64,000 nucleotides of DNA from an uncultured Desulfatitalea sp. (GCA_963668675.2 CAXXMB010000002.1:1056001-1120000); one strand, 5' to 3'. Shown: positions 1 through 9,609, counted from the stretch's first letter. A program made the numbers and translations. The notes: generated by a model from the sequence alone, not told the origin.

Positions 1-1
1 T

Positions 2-715
2 AAGACCACGACCCTCTACACGGCCCTGATGACCATCAACAGCCCCAACATCAACTGCATGACCGTGGAAGATCCCATCGAATATGTGATCCCCACGATC
101 CGCCAGACAGCCGTCAACGTCAAGGCCGGCCTGACCTTCGAGAATGCCCTGCGCTCGGCCATGCGCCAGGATCCGGATGTGATGCTGGTCGGTGAAATCC
201 GGGACAAGACCACCGCCGACCTGGCCATGCGCGCCGCCCTGACCGGCCACCTGGTGCTCTCAACGCTGCACACCAATGACGCGGCATCGGCCATCAACCG
301 TCTGCTCGATCTGGGCGTCAACGCCAGTATCCTGGCCTCGTCGCTCTCCATGATCGTGGCCCAGCGCCTGGTGCGTCTGCTCTGTCCGCGCTGCTCGGAG
401 CGTGAACCGATCACAGAGGCGGAACGCAAGGTGTTTATGAGCAACGACATGGAGCCACCCGAGGAGCTGGCCAAAGCCAGGGGGTGCGACAGCTGCCTCC
501 AGTCCGGGTACAAGGGCCGGGGCGGCATCTATGAGGTGATCGTGGTGGACCGTGAGATCGAGAAGATGATCTTCACCGGCGCGCTGCACCGTGAGATTGA
601 AGACAGGGCCAGGAGCGCCGGTACGGTGTTGATGTTCAAACAGGCCCTGAAAAAAGTGACCCGCCACCTCACCTCCCTGGACGAGGTTCAGCGGGTAATC
701 GTGGACTATGCCTAA
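2..715 (+). CDS. Type II secretion / type IV pilus assembly ATPase (GspE/PilB/MshE family), 5'-truncated by window edge
   Basis: Frame open from base 2 (KTTTLY, tail of Walker A). TVEDPIEY Asp box, MRQDPDVMLVGEIRD Walker B, TGHLVLSTLHTND His box, CxxC...CxxC zinc motif. Confidence 0.95.
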   Translation, partial: KTTTLYTALMTINSPNINCMTVEDPIEYVIPTIRQTAVNVKAGLTFENALRSAMRQDPDVMLVGEIRDKTTADLAMRAALTGHLVLSTLHTNDAASAINRLLDLGVNASILASSLSMIVAQRLVRLLCPRCSEREPITEAERKVFMSNDMEPPEELAKARGCDSCLQSGYKGRGGIYEVIVVDREIEKMIFTGALHREIEDRARSAGTVLMFKQALKKVTRHLTSLDEVQRVIVDYA

Positions 716-1922
716 CTACAGCTACAAAGCGGTCGACGACAGCGGCCGGGTCGTCAAGGGCGTGGCCATCGCCTTCGACGAGGGCGATATGGAGCTCAAG
801 CTCGACCAGGCCGGCCTTGCGCTGATCCAAAGCCGCCCGATCAAAGAGAGCTCCCTGAACCGCCTGCTGGGTGGCGCGATCAAGCTGCGCACCGTGGTCG
901 AGTTCTACCACCGCCTGGCCCAGACCCTTGATATCGGCTTGCCCCTGCTCTCGGCGCTGGAAGAGAACAGCCAATACCTGCCCTCCAAACCCATGCGCCG
1001 AATCTCCGGTGAGATCAAAGTGGCCGTGGAAGGTGGCCGCACGCTTCACGAAGCCATGGGGGCCCACTCAAAAATCTTTCAGAAGCTCGACCTGGCCATC
1101 GTGCGTATGGGTGAGCAGACCGGCGTACTGCCGACCTGCCTCAAACAGTTGGCCGCCTTCCTGCAATGGAAAGAGGAACTGCGCGCCCACATCCGAAAGG
1201 CGACCATCTATCCGTCCTTCGTGGTGGTCTCCATCGTCGCCGTACTGGGGGTGTGGGTCGGATATGTGCTGCCCCAGATGGTCAAAGTGCTGTCGGAGAT
1301 GCAGGTGGTCGTCCCCAAGGCCACCCTGGCGGTCCTTGGCGTGAGCGACTTCGTCAAGGCCAACTGGATCTGGTTCCTCGTCGGCGGCGCCCTGTTGGCG
1401 GGCTTGCTTTTTCTCTACCAGCGCACCGAAAAGGGCGGCATACGCTTCGACAGCTGGCTGCTGCGCCTGCCCCTGCTCGGCCAGGTGCTGCGCAACATCA
1501 GCCTGGCGCGCCTGTGCCACAATTTCGCCACCATGTTCGGCGCCGGCATGGCCATCCAGCAGATCTTCAGCACCCTGGCCGACAATGGCCTGGGCAACCG
1601 CTATCTGGAATCCCGCCTCAAGGTGGTCTACAAAGAGATCGAAAGCGGCGAATCCATCGCCGGCTCCTTCGACGCCGCCGGCGGCTACCCCAGCCTGTTG
1701 CTGGGCGCCATACGCAACGGCGAAGCCACCGGCACCCTGGACCAGTCGTTCCAGCGCCTGGGCGACTACTTCGATATCGAAGTCAAACGCACCGTAGAGG
1801 CCCTGCTGAGCGCCATAGAGCCCATGGCCATCATCGCCCTGGGCGCCATCTTCGGCCTGATCGTGCTCTCCATTCTGCTTCCGCTGTACGACGTGATGGG
1901 TGCCATGGGGAAGGCGTACTAG
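708..1922 (+). CDS. Type II secretion / type IV pilus inner-membrane platform protein (GspF/PilC/MshG family)
   Basis: MPNYSYKAVD start, two T2SSF-like repeats (GEQTG, GEATG), three hydrophobic segments, C-terminal IEP...LLPLYD. Overlaps the ATPase stop. Confidence 0.93.
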   Translation: MPNYSYKAVDDSGRVVKGVAIAFDEGDMELKLDQAGLALIQSRPIKESSLNRLLGGAIKLRTVVEFYHRLAQTLDIGLPLLSALEENSQYLPSKPMRRISGEIKVAVEGGRTLHEAMGAHSKIFQKLDLAIVRMGEQTGVLPTCLKQLAAFLQWKEELRAHIRKATIYPSFVVVSIVAVLGVWVGYVLPQMVKVLSEMQVVVPKATLAVLGVSDFVKANWIWFLVGGALLAGLLFLYQRTEKGGIRFDSWLLRLPLLGQVLRNISLARLCHNFATMFGAGMAIQQIFSTLADNGLGNRYLESRLKVVYKEIESGESIAGSFDAAGGYPSLLLGAIRNGEATGTLDQSFQRLGDYFDIEVKRTVEALLSAIEPMAIIALGAIFGLIVLSILLPLYDVMGAMGKAY

Positions 1923-1960
1923 CCACGTCTATCGCCACCATTCTCGCATCAAAAAAGAGA

Positions 1961-2042
1961 AAATCCACCTAAATCCTCCTCTATAAAAGGAGGACTTAAA
2001 AAAAGATCCCCATTTCCCAAAGGGGGGCCGGGGGGGGGATTT
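1961..2042. repeat. Bipartite poly-C/poly-G hairpin intergenic repeat (REP-like) between convergent genes
   Basis: AAATCC...GGATTT termini enclose hairpins TCCTCCT-ctataaa-AGGAGGA (1974-1994) and CCCC-atttcccaaa-GGGG (2008-2025). Related half copies at ~17139 and ~40779. Confidence 0.55.
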
Positions 2043-2125
2043 GTCCCAGCAGGAGAGTGCTATGAAGCAGCAATCCAATCGACAGAATTCCTTCGCTTCA
2101 ATCTTTCCACTTTAAACTTTCAACT

Positions 2126-2143
2126 CCCCGTTTAGCGGGGTTT
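2126..2143. terminator. Short hairpin, possible terminator between convergent pilus operons
   Basis: CCCCG-tttag-CGGGG-ttt immediately beyond the stop of the minus-strand prepilin gene. Confidence 0.35.
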
Positions 2144-3032
2144 ACGGCGTCAAATTGATGGTCGCCCCCTGCCCGGCCAGCACCACGGGAGTGGGGGGAG
2201 AGGAGGGGGTGACGATGGACCCGCCGCGATTGGCGGCGGTGCGCACCTCGATGCGGGTGCCGGAGATAATCGAATAGAGGCCCGAGGTATTGTTGTTGAC
2301 TGATCCGATGTCGCTGCCCTGGTTCACATCATGGATGTAGACCCGGGCGCCGGAAGTATTGTTGACGGCCAGATCGAGATATTCGCACACATTGCCGAAG
2401 AGCTCGTTGCCGCCGATGTATACGGTCAGATCGTCGAAGTCCTGGGTGGGCGGATGGCGCAGGTAGTTGGGAGTACCGTTGGCGTTGTTGCCCTGATAGC
2501 CTCCGCCGTTGAAGTCATCGAAAGTGTTCCCGTTGCCGTCCGCGTCCATGGGGCCTGCGCTCACCAGGGCCACGGCCACGCTGAAGGCCACTGCGACGCC
2601 GTCGGCGTCCATCACGAGAGGACGGGCTGTCAACCCGGTGCGAAGTGCGGCACAGGTGGCCGGACGACTGGTGGCCAGACCGGTGTTGACCTCGTAGCGA
2701 ATCACCCGTTTATAGGGATCCGCCGGGGCCATCTGCAGGGTCATGTACGGCAAAAAGCCGTTGGTGACGCCAGTGTCCTCCAGACCATCGCCCGAGCCGG
2801 CCGGATTGCCGTCGGCCCAGGGCAGGCGACCGTTGTTGACCGTATAGCTGATGAGGGCCGAGCGCGCCTGTTGAAGATAGGCGACTGCCTCGTTGCGCGC
2901 CTTGCGTTCGGTGAGCATCTTCATCAACGAGATGCCGCCGCCGGTCAACAGGCCGATGATTACCATCACGATGGCGATCTCGAGCAGCGTAAAACCGCTG
3001 TTATTTCTTATCAGCAACCGTTGGTGTTTCAT
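2142..3032 (-). CDS. Prepilin-type N-terminal cleavage/methylation domain protein (minor pilin-like)
   Basis: Class III signal SG|FTLLEIAIVMVIIGLL with E5. Start placed at MKHQR (3032); ATG at 3056 is an alternative. Confidence 0.85.
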   Translation of the reverse strand: MKHQRLLIRNNSGFTLLEIAIVMVIIGLLTGGGISLMKMLTERKARNEAVAYLQQARSALISYTVNNGRLPWADGNPAGSGDGLEDTGVTNGFLPYMTLQMAPADPYKRVIRYEVNTGLATSRPATCAALRTGLTARPLVMDADGVAVAFSVAVALVSAGPMDADGNGNTFDDFNGGGYQGNNANGTPNYLRHPPTQDFDDLTVYIGGNELFGNVCEYLDLAVNNTSGARVYIHDVNQGSDIGSVNNNTSGLYSIISGTRIEVRTAANRGGSIVTPSSPPTPVVLAGQGATINLTP

Positions 3033-3141
3033 CAGTGGCAAACAATGCTGTCCCATGGAAAAGCAAGGGCCGCTGCCCCGTGGCAGCAGCCCCGCTGCCG
3101 AGCAGTCGATGCGTTGGTATAACTGCTCCTCAACGCATACT

Positions 3142-3720
3142 TTAAAACGGCATATAAAAGTTGGCCACCGGTGTGGAGGCCTCCAGATAATCCTCATTGG
3201 CTACGATGGTGCCGGTATTGAAAACGCCATCATCGTATTTTGTATCGATCTCCAGGCAAACATCCCACGGCAAGTTGTTGAATCGGATGAAATGACCTGG
3301 CCCGGGCGTGCCTGGCGGGTTGACCCAGTAGATATAGACATCGTCACCAAATACATGGGTAGCGACATTGGCGCCGTTGAAATCGCCGCTGATCAAACCC
3401 GCTTCGACCAGATCGTTGAACATGTCGAATCGTTCACCGTTCTCCATCATGCCGTCACCGTCGCCGCTGACCGTATCGCCCGGCGGAATGTTGGCTTTGT
3501 TCTCATCCCCCGGGAAAACACCGTATTTATCATAAAAGCCCATGACCACCGCCCGGAACTCATCGGCCTGCTTGACCACGCGCTTGACCTTGGCATTCTG
3601 AATCATGGCCTGCCCCTTGAGCACACCGCCGATCAGCAATCCGATAATCACCATGACGATGGCAATCTCCACCAACGTAAAACCGGCCTGGTCGCGTCTC
3701 ATTCGTTTCAGATACAACAT
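3142..3720 (-). CDS. Prepilin-type protein (candidate major pilin)
   Basis: GGAGG RBS before ATG 3720; AG|FTLVEIAIVMVIIGLLIGGVLKGQ class III signal peptide. Confidence 0.88.
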   Translation of the reverse strand: MLYLKRMRRDQAGFTLVEIAIVMVIIGLLIGGVLKGQAMIQNAKVKRVVKQADEFRAVVMGFYDKYGVFPGDENKANIPPGDTVSGDGDGMMENGERFDMFNDLVEAGLISGDFNGANVATHVFGDDVYIYWVNPPGTPGPGHFIRFNNLPWDVCLEIDTKYDDGVFNTGTIVANEDYLEASTPVANFYMPF

Positions 3721-3883
3721 GTTAATCCTCCGTATTTGATTTTCGGCCGCACCGTAAAAGCGCATCCGCGCCTCTCTCTATCTCTTTTCGGTGTAAACCC
3801 ATAAAAACTTAAATTAGCCTCAAAAACAGACCATCTATTGAAATAGACGGAGCACCACCACTTTCATACGTTTCCACTTTCGT

Positions 3884-5422
3884 TCAAACCTGCTCGCGAA
3901 TGTAAGGCGTCACAAAAATCACCAATTCGAAATTCTCTTCGCTATCTTCCATGTGCTTGAACAGACGACCGATCAGCGGCAGATCGCCGAAAAACGGCAA
4001 CCCTTCATGTTTGACCGTCCTGATCTTGTTGATCAAACCGGCCAGGACGAACGAGTGCCCCTCTCGTACCCGCACCGTGGTGGCCAGCTCTTGCAGGTCG
4101 ATCACCGGATTGGTGATCGAAAGGGTCGAGACACCGGTCGGAATGTCCACATCCACCTCCCTCTGTATACGCGTCAAGGCAGGAACGATATGAAACGTCA
4201 CCATCCCGTCCGAGGCGATCTGGGTGGTCAATCCCAGCTGAAGCCCAAGGACCGCTCTTCGTATAGAGGTGCCGATGGTGATAAAGCCGGTATCCTGGTC
4301 TCGATCCACGCCATCGACATCGGCATAGGGGAACTGGTATCCCACGGTGAGCATGGCCGACTGACGGTTCATAACGGTCAGATGGGGATTGGAGAGAACT
4401 TTCACATCTCCCTGGGTCTTTAGAAAATCGAGCAGCGCCCCGAACTGGGACTGGGCGCCCTTGGCGATGGATCCGTTGTTGTTGAACACCATTTGGAAGA
4501 CATCCGGCAGGGCCCCGCTGCCGGATGTAAAGGTCACATCCAGTTCACTCCAATCGATGCCGTATTTGCTCTCATCCGTGAGACGCACCTCCATGATGCG
4601 CGCTTCCACAAAAACCTGGCGGTTCAATGATTCGGTCAGCGAGTCGAGAAAGCGCACCATGGCGGCCAATCGACGGGGGGTGTCGGCCATGTAGATGACG
4701 CCGGCATTGCGATTGAGACGTAAGATGCCCTCTTCGGTCTTCAAACCGGAGAGGGCCTGCTCGACCGCCTGCCATAGATCCGAACTCTGCTCGGGCTTTT
4801 TGCTTTTGATCTTGTACTTGCCGGCCACCCCGGCGCTGTCCACTCCCGATCCCAGCATGTCGCCACCCACCTCGATCTCTGTTTCACCGACCATATCGAG
4901 GTAGTCGAACTGGTAAATGCGTTCGGCAAACCGTTTGATGGACAGGGTGCCCTGCGCCATGCGCCACGCATATCCGGCACCGTTGACGACAATCATCTCC
5001 AGGGCCTCGTCGAGGGTCACATTTTTCAGGTTCACCGTCACAGGCCTTTGCAGGTCGATCTCCGCCTCGATGGAGAGGTTGTACTCCGAATCCCTGGTCA
5101 GGGCGGCAATCACCTCACCGAGGGGGGCCTTGTCAAAGGTGAGGGAGTAGAGCACCGGCGCCACGGTTACCTCTTTGGTCAGAGGTGCCATCTGCTCGGA
5201 GAAGGGCGGCGGCCCCGGCAGACGCCGCGCTTTGGCCCGATCCAAATGCACCTTGGGCCGCAGCTGATCCAGCTCGTTCGGCACATTACTCAGCGGCGTT
5301 TGCGGCCGGCGGGCCGCACATCCACTGCCCAATGCCATGCAGAGCAGGACGACCGGCACAACGATCCATTTGATGCCGGGGTTGATGCCGGGGTGTATAT
5401 TGCGGGGAAATTTCATTTGCAT
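3884..5422 (-). CDS. Outer-membrane secretin (MshL/PilQ/GspD family), probable lipoprotein
   Basis: AAGGAG RBS before ATG 5422, lipobox-like GSGC, QVFVEARIMEV, VLSNPHL, GLPFFGDLPLIGRLF and ELVIFVTP secretin motifs. Confidence 0.93.
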   Translation of the reverse strand: MQMKFPRNIHPGINPGIKWIVVPVVLLCMALGSGCAARRPQTPLSNVPNELDQLRPKVHLDRAKARRLPGPPPFSEQMAPLTKEVTVAPVLYSLTFDKAPLGEVIAALTRDSEYNLSIEAEIDLQRPVTVNLKNVTLDEALEMIVVNGAGYAWRMAQGTLSIKRFAERIYQFDYLDMVGETEIEVGGDMLGSGVDSAGVAGKYKIKSKKPEQSSDLWQAVEQALSGLKTEEGILRLNRNAGVIYMADTPRRLAAMVRFLDSLTESLNRQVFVEARIMEVRLTDESKYGIDWSELDVTFTSGSGALPDVFQMVFNNNGSIAKGAQSQFGALLDFLKTQGDVKVLSNPHLTVMNRQSAMLTVGYQFPYADVDGVDRDQDTGFITIGTSIRRAVLGLQLGLTTQIASDGMVTFHIVPALTRIQREVDVDIPTGVSTLSITNPVIDLQELATTVRVREGHSFVLAGLINKIRTVKHEGLPFFGDLPLIGRLFKHMEDSEENFELVIFVTPYIREQV

Positions 5423-5444
5423 TGACTCCTTGTTCACGATCGTT

Positions 5445-5978
5445 CTATTGGCCTTGATCGCTGCTGTAGCGCGGGGCCGGGCTCTCAACGAACCACTCCA
5501 TTCCCTGGCGACTCAGCAAAACCCCTTCCGCAGAGATCTTTTCGACTTTAAACGCCATCACCTCATCCGTTTCCCGGCACACGCGACCATCGAGCAGCGC
5601 CAGGTAAGCAGTCTTTCCCGAAGGGCTGTCGGCTTTTAAAATGCCGGTTAAATCCGGCAGCAGCACATTCTCCGTTAATGAAATACCCGATCCACTCACC
5701 GCGGGCGCCTCGGACGGTTCGACCGCCTCCTTGGTTGTGAGCATGGATATCGGTTTTTCTAAAAAACCATACTGCCCGAACGCATTTTTAGTATTCTCGG
5801 CCAGCCGGCTCTCCAATCGGGCCAGTTTCTGGCGCAGGGAGGATATGGCCGGAGTGCTGCCTCGAAGCGGCTCGCTCTCCAAGCCGAGAAACCCGAAACC
5901 GTTGATCGTCACAAGCACCAGGCCCGCCATTATCCATCCGGCTGTGCACAACTGCTGTTTGCTGCCAACCAGTTTCAT
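5445..5978 (-). CDS. Pilus-associated membrane protein (PilP/MshK/GspC-like position)
   Basis: Single N-terminal TM, coiled coil, C-terminal LTGIL...ALLDG...KVEKIS beta-rich region. Translationally coupled within the pilus operon. Confidence 0.6.
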   Translation of the reverse strand: MKLVGSKQQLCTAGWIMAGLVLVTINGFGFLGLESEPLRGSTPAISSLRQKLARLESRLAENTKNAFGQYGFLEKPISMLTTKEAVEPSEAPAVSGSGISLTENVLLPDLTGILKADSPSGKTAYLALLDGRVCRETDEVMAFKVEKISAEGVLLSRQGMEWFVESPAPRYSSDQGQ

Positions 5979-6550
5979 AAGGCCTCTGCCCCCTGCTCTC
6001 CCTGGACGGTGGTCACCTTGGGCATCGCCACCGATCTCTCCGGCGGCTGATTCACGATACGATACTTGAACCGCAGTTCGATCTGCATTTCGACCTTGTT
6101 GCGGCCCTTCTCAGATGAGATGGTCATCTTCCCGATCGTCAAATAGAGGGACTTGTGCAGTGCAGTGAGAAACCCCACCGCAGGGCCCAACGCGCCCCGC
6201 ATACTCACCGTGCAGGGAATTTGATCTCCGATCACCTGTGTCATTTCGGTCCGGATGCGCACATCCTCAAGATCGAATGCGGCAGCCAGGGCATGCAGTC
6301 GGCTGCGCACGTCCACAATGCCCAGGTCGAGAGATTCAACCGGCAGAAACAACGCCTCGTGGGATTTGGAAATCCGGGCCAGTTCTTTGGCGTTCTGGCG
6401 TTGAAAGTCGATCTCCCTGAGACGCTGCTCGTTCTTGCCGCGCGCAGCCGCAACCGTTTCTATTTTAACGCCGTTCCAAAAGGTGAGTGCCAGGGCCAAC
6501 GCCCAGACACAGCCCACCACCAACCAGCGCATTTTCATTTTGGAGCTCAT
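5975..6550 (-). CDS. Pilus assembly protein (PilO/MshJ-like)
   Basis: N-terminal TM, coiled coil, ferredoxin-like-fold pattern (SMRG...FLTAL). ATGA overlaps with neighbours. Confidence 0.6.
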   Translation of the reverse strand: MSSKMKMRWLVVGCVWALALALTFWNGVKIETVAAARGKNEQRLREIDFQRQNAKELARISKSHEALFLPVESLDLGIVDVRSRLHALAAAFDLEDVRIRTEMTQVIGDQIPCTVSMRGALGPAVGFLTALHKSLYLTIGKMTISSEKGRNKVEMQIELRFKYRIVNQPPERSVAMPKVTTVQGEQGAEAL

Positions 6551-7944
6551 GTCAACTCCAAGCGAATGGAGATCCGGTAGCGGGATGATGCGTCAGCTTC
6601 CCCACCGGAATCCACGCCGACTTCGATATCGTTGAGTGAAAAATGTTGTGCGTTCTTAAAATTGGCTCGCACGCGCGCCACCAACTGATCCAGTATCCCT
6701 TTGAGTTGCTCGGCACTGCCGGCCCGGACCTTGGCCTCGAGCTTAACCTCCCGCTGCTCGTCCAGGAGCACCACCAACTCCTTCACCTGGATACCGGCCG
6801 GCAACCCGGCCAGCATGCGAAGCACGGTATCGGCGCAAACCGGCCGCTCCGCGGCCTCGATCACGCGGTCCAGCGCCTGCTCCAAATCACCGACCAGTTC
6901 CTCCGAATGGGCCACATGCTTCTGAATACGCCGTGTTTCAGCAGCCTCCTGCCGGATCATGCCATTGAGCAGCAGGTTCTCACCCAATAAAGGCAGCAGC
7001 AAAAGGGCGCCTACCAATATGCCGGCCCACTGCACCGGCTCCCACTCCAGTTCGCGCTTGATCTTCCTGTGGGTCAGGCTGAAAAAGGGAACCTTGTACG
7101 AAAGATCCCGTGGCTGCAGCAACCCGTCCAGAGAGGGTGCACCTTCGAAGGCAATGGTCTGGGCCCCCTTGAGCAGCGCCTGAAGATCGATCACCTCGCG
7201 TCCCAGGATCTCACTGAACACCTCGGGTGTTTCGGAAGGCAACTCTGCCAGCAAACAGACCCGATTCAGGTCGGTCTTGGCCTTCTGGGAAAACATATAC
7301 TGTGATTGGTTGATCTCGAAGGTCAGGGCCTCCAAACGATCCTCTCCTTCCGACAGGGCCACATTGCGGGAGAAGATGAAATGGCCTTGAAAATAGAAAT
7401 AGAGACTGCACTCCTGGCGTCCCATGTGGATCAGCAATGTGCTTTCATGGTCGAAATCGGAGGAGACCTGAGCCAGCCTATCGAGCCACAAAAACGCCGG
7501 GGTGGTGAGATAGCGTGGTTCGATATCTATTTTTTTCAGAGTGTTGTAGAGCCGATACCCCATTTCATCCTGAAGGAAATAGGCGATCAGACCGTTTTCA
7601 GCCTCCCCCGCTGCAAGGCTTTGGTAGTTGAAAAAGTGGCGTACCTCTTTTCGTTCGGGAAAAGCGGCTACCAATTTGCGTTCCAGGAAGGGCTCGATCA
7701 ATGCCGGCCGGGTGGATTGAAATGGAAAGCGCTCCATGCCCAGCCAGTGGTCCGGCATGATACACAGACTCTTATAGTTGCCCTTCACCTCTCTTGGAAT
7801 CCGGTCGGCAATGCCATCACCGGCAAGGACCTGATCCAACGGCAACCTCAAGAGGGATCGTCCGACATTTGGCTGGCGTCCGGTGGTCCAGAGAACCTCG
7901 TCGTTGTGAACCACAATGATTCCATTTAAACGTTTGTTAAACAT
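6547..7944 (-). CDS. Pilus assembly protein (fused PilM/PilN-like, MshI/GspL-like)
   Basis: Cytoplasmic actin-like region (LLIHMGRQECSLYFY...FSRNV), TM near residue 305, periplasmic PilN-like tail. First gene of the minus-strand operon. Confidence 0.6.
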   Translation of the reverse strand: MFNKRLNGIIVVHNDEVLWTTGRQPNVGRSLLRLPLDQVLAGDGIADRIPREVKGNYKSLCIMPDHWLGMERFPFQSTRPALIEPFLERKLVAAFPERKEVRHFFNYQSLAAGEAENGLIAYFLQDEMGYRLYNTLKKIDIEPRYLTTPAFLWLDRLAQVSSDFDHESTLLIHMGRQECSLYFYFQGHFIFSRNVALSEGEDRLEALTFEINQSQYMFSQKAKTDLNRVCLLAELPSETPEVFSEILGREVIDLQALLKGAQTIAFEGAPSLDGLLQPRDLSYKVPFFSLTHRKIKRELEWEPVQWAGILVGALLLLPLLGENLLLNGMIRQEAAETRRIQKHVAHSEELVGDLEQALDRVIEAAERPVCADTVLRMLAGLPAGIQVKELVVLLDEQREVKLEAKVRAGSAEQLKGILDQLVARVRANFKNAQHFSLNDIEVGVDSGGEADASSRYRISIRLELT

Positions 7945-8510
7945 CTGTTTTCAAATGATTTTATTTAATTATCGACAAATCTTCTTTTCTTGGGGGTAAT
8001 ATCGGCAGGATTCGGGAATTACTTGAAAAATTAATTCGAAGCCAGGGAGCGTTTGGATTCTCTGGGATATAAAAGAGAGTCGGTGGATCACAGGAGGGCT
8101 CCTATTTTTGGGTATCAAGGATTTCTGTAGGCTAGGAGATAGAGTTAACTTGGCCGTTTGAAAAAATATCCGCAAAATTGTGAAACGTTTGTGGTCGGCT
8201 CGAGCCATGAGTTTTACAGTGACCGCAGCCACACTGAATGCCGTCTTGGAAATGTTCAAGGACGATGCGATTATGAATTATCTTGAAGACAACTGAACTC
8301 AAGTAAACGCCGAGGAAAAGTGCCACTGATGCCCGCCAATAAAACACTTGGTAGAGGATTTAATGAATAAGAAAAATGGAAATAACGGTTTTCGGTTCTC
8401 TATGAAACTCCAGCTCCAAGAAAATGCTCTGATAATGGCAGCGATGACGAAATAGAAGATATAGAAGATAAGGATGGATCTCTATCTAAAATGGCAAAAG
8501 CACCTGCTGC

Positions 8511-9197
8511 TTAAAAGCGAGCTGATATCCCGACATAATACTGAAATCCCTCTACATCCACATCTCCTGTACTGTCGGTGAAGGTGAGCCCGGTTTTCGT
8601 ACCGCGAATCCCGACGCCTAAAATCCAATCATCTGTCAAAATAAAATCCACACCGATCCTGACATATCCCCCCACGTCAAACCCCGAATCGGACCCACTC
8701 TCCGTCTGAAGCGTCGAGGAGTTGACCTGTTCCGTTTCTCGTCGGCCGTAGATGATCAGCGGCCCAGCACCAACGTAGGCGCGGAACCAGTAGGTCGGCA
8801 CATAACTGGAATAGACCCCGAAAAAAATGTCCGCAAGAAAGTCTTCGATGTCCAGGGATACCGAAATGGTCCCCCCACCGCCGCCCCCCGAGGCGGCAAA
8901 GGATCGCGTATCGCTTTTCCAGCTGAACAGTGCGCCGCCTTCCAAACCATATGGGAAGCGGCTACCGCCATATGGATTTTGGAAAGCGAAGCCAATTAGG
9001 GGAATATCATAGTCTCCCCCGCTGACCCGGTCATTGTCATTAGGGATGACCATCTGGCCGATCATGAGTTGGGCTATTTTGGGCTTCTCCTCTTGTTGGG
9101 CGTAAACAGGGGAGAAACTTGAAAGGGCAACAAGAATGAGAAAAAGGCGCCGCACCATCCGACGGTTGCTTTTGGTAGACATATTTCCCATCTCCAT
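8511..9197 (-). CDS. Outer-membrane beta-barrel protein
   Basis: Signal peptide ending VYA, alternating beta-strand pattern, C-terminal YYVGISARF with terminal Phe. Start may be 9182. Confidence 0.75.
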   Translation of the reverse strand: MEMGNMSTKSNRRMVRRLFLILVALSSFSPVYAQQEEKPKIAQLMIGQMVIPNDNDRVSGGDYDIPLIGFAFQNPYGGSRFPYGLEGGALFSWKSDTRSFAASGGGGGGTISVSLDIEDFLADIFFGVYSSYVPTYWFRAYVGAGPLIIYGRRETEQVNSSTLQTESGSDSGFDVGGYVRIGVDFILTDDWILGVGIRGTKTGLTFTDSTGDVDVEGFQYYVGISARF

Positions 9198-9390
9198 TTT
9201 GGAAGGTTGAATTCGAAATATGGTTCAGGCTATCGTATTACCATCCGAAATCAAACAGTAAACAGACCCCCAAGCAGGATGTGAAAAGGAACAGTTGAAA
9301 ATTCCGGCACCAATGAAATTCAGTGTTGCCCCTTTTGGGCTGTTGGCCGTATAATTATACATCATCAACATCCAATCAGAGGAGGGCCCC

Positions 9391-9609
9391 ATGAGTCTGC
9401 AGAACCGCTCCTCCATTGACAGGCGCAGCGGCAATGACCGGCGCAAATTTCCCATCCTCAAGAAGCTATTTGCAGCAGACCCCCACCACAGAGACGAAGC
9501 GGACCGGCGAACCGACGATGAACGCAGAAACGGATGGGTGCGCATGACCAAGTGGTCGAGCATGAACCTGTCAGAGCTGAAAATTTCAAAGTTCCTGAAA
9601 CCGTATTGA
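9391..9609 (+). CDS. Small Arg/Asp-rich protein with tandem (D/E)RR motifs
   Basis: GAGGAGG RBS, 72 aa, DRRSGNDRRK and DRRTDDERR. Confidence 0.7.
   Translation: MSLQNRSSIDRRSGNDRRKFPILKKLFAADPHHRDEADRRTDDERRNGWVRMTKWSSMNLSELKISKFLKPY

Noticed and set aside
7945..8510. c-di-GMP riboswitch or small ORFs (7969-8259, 8132-8347) upstream of the pilus operon
   Set aside because: No GEMM consensus (GGCAAA..GAAA..GCAAAG) found; the ORFs lack RBS and motifs, so this is most likely an AT-rich promoter region
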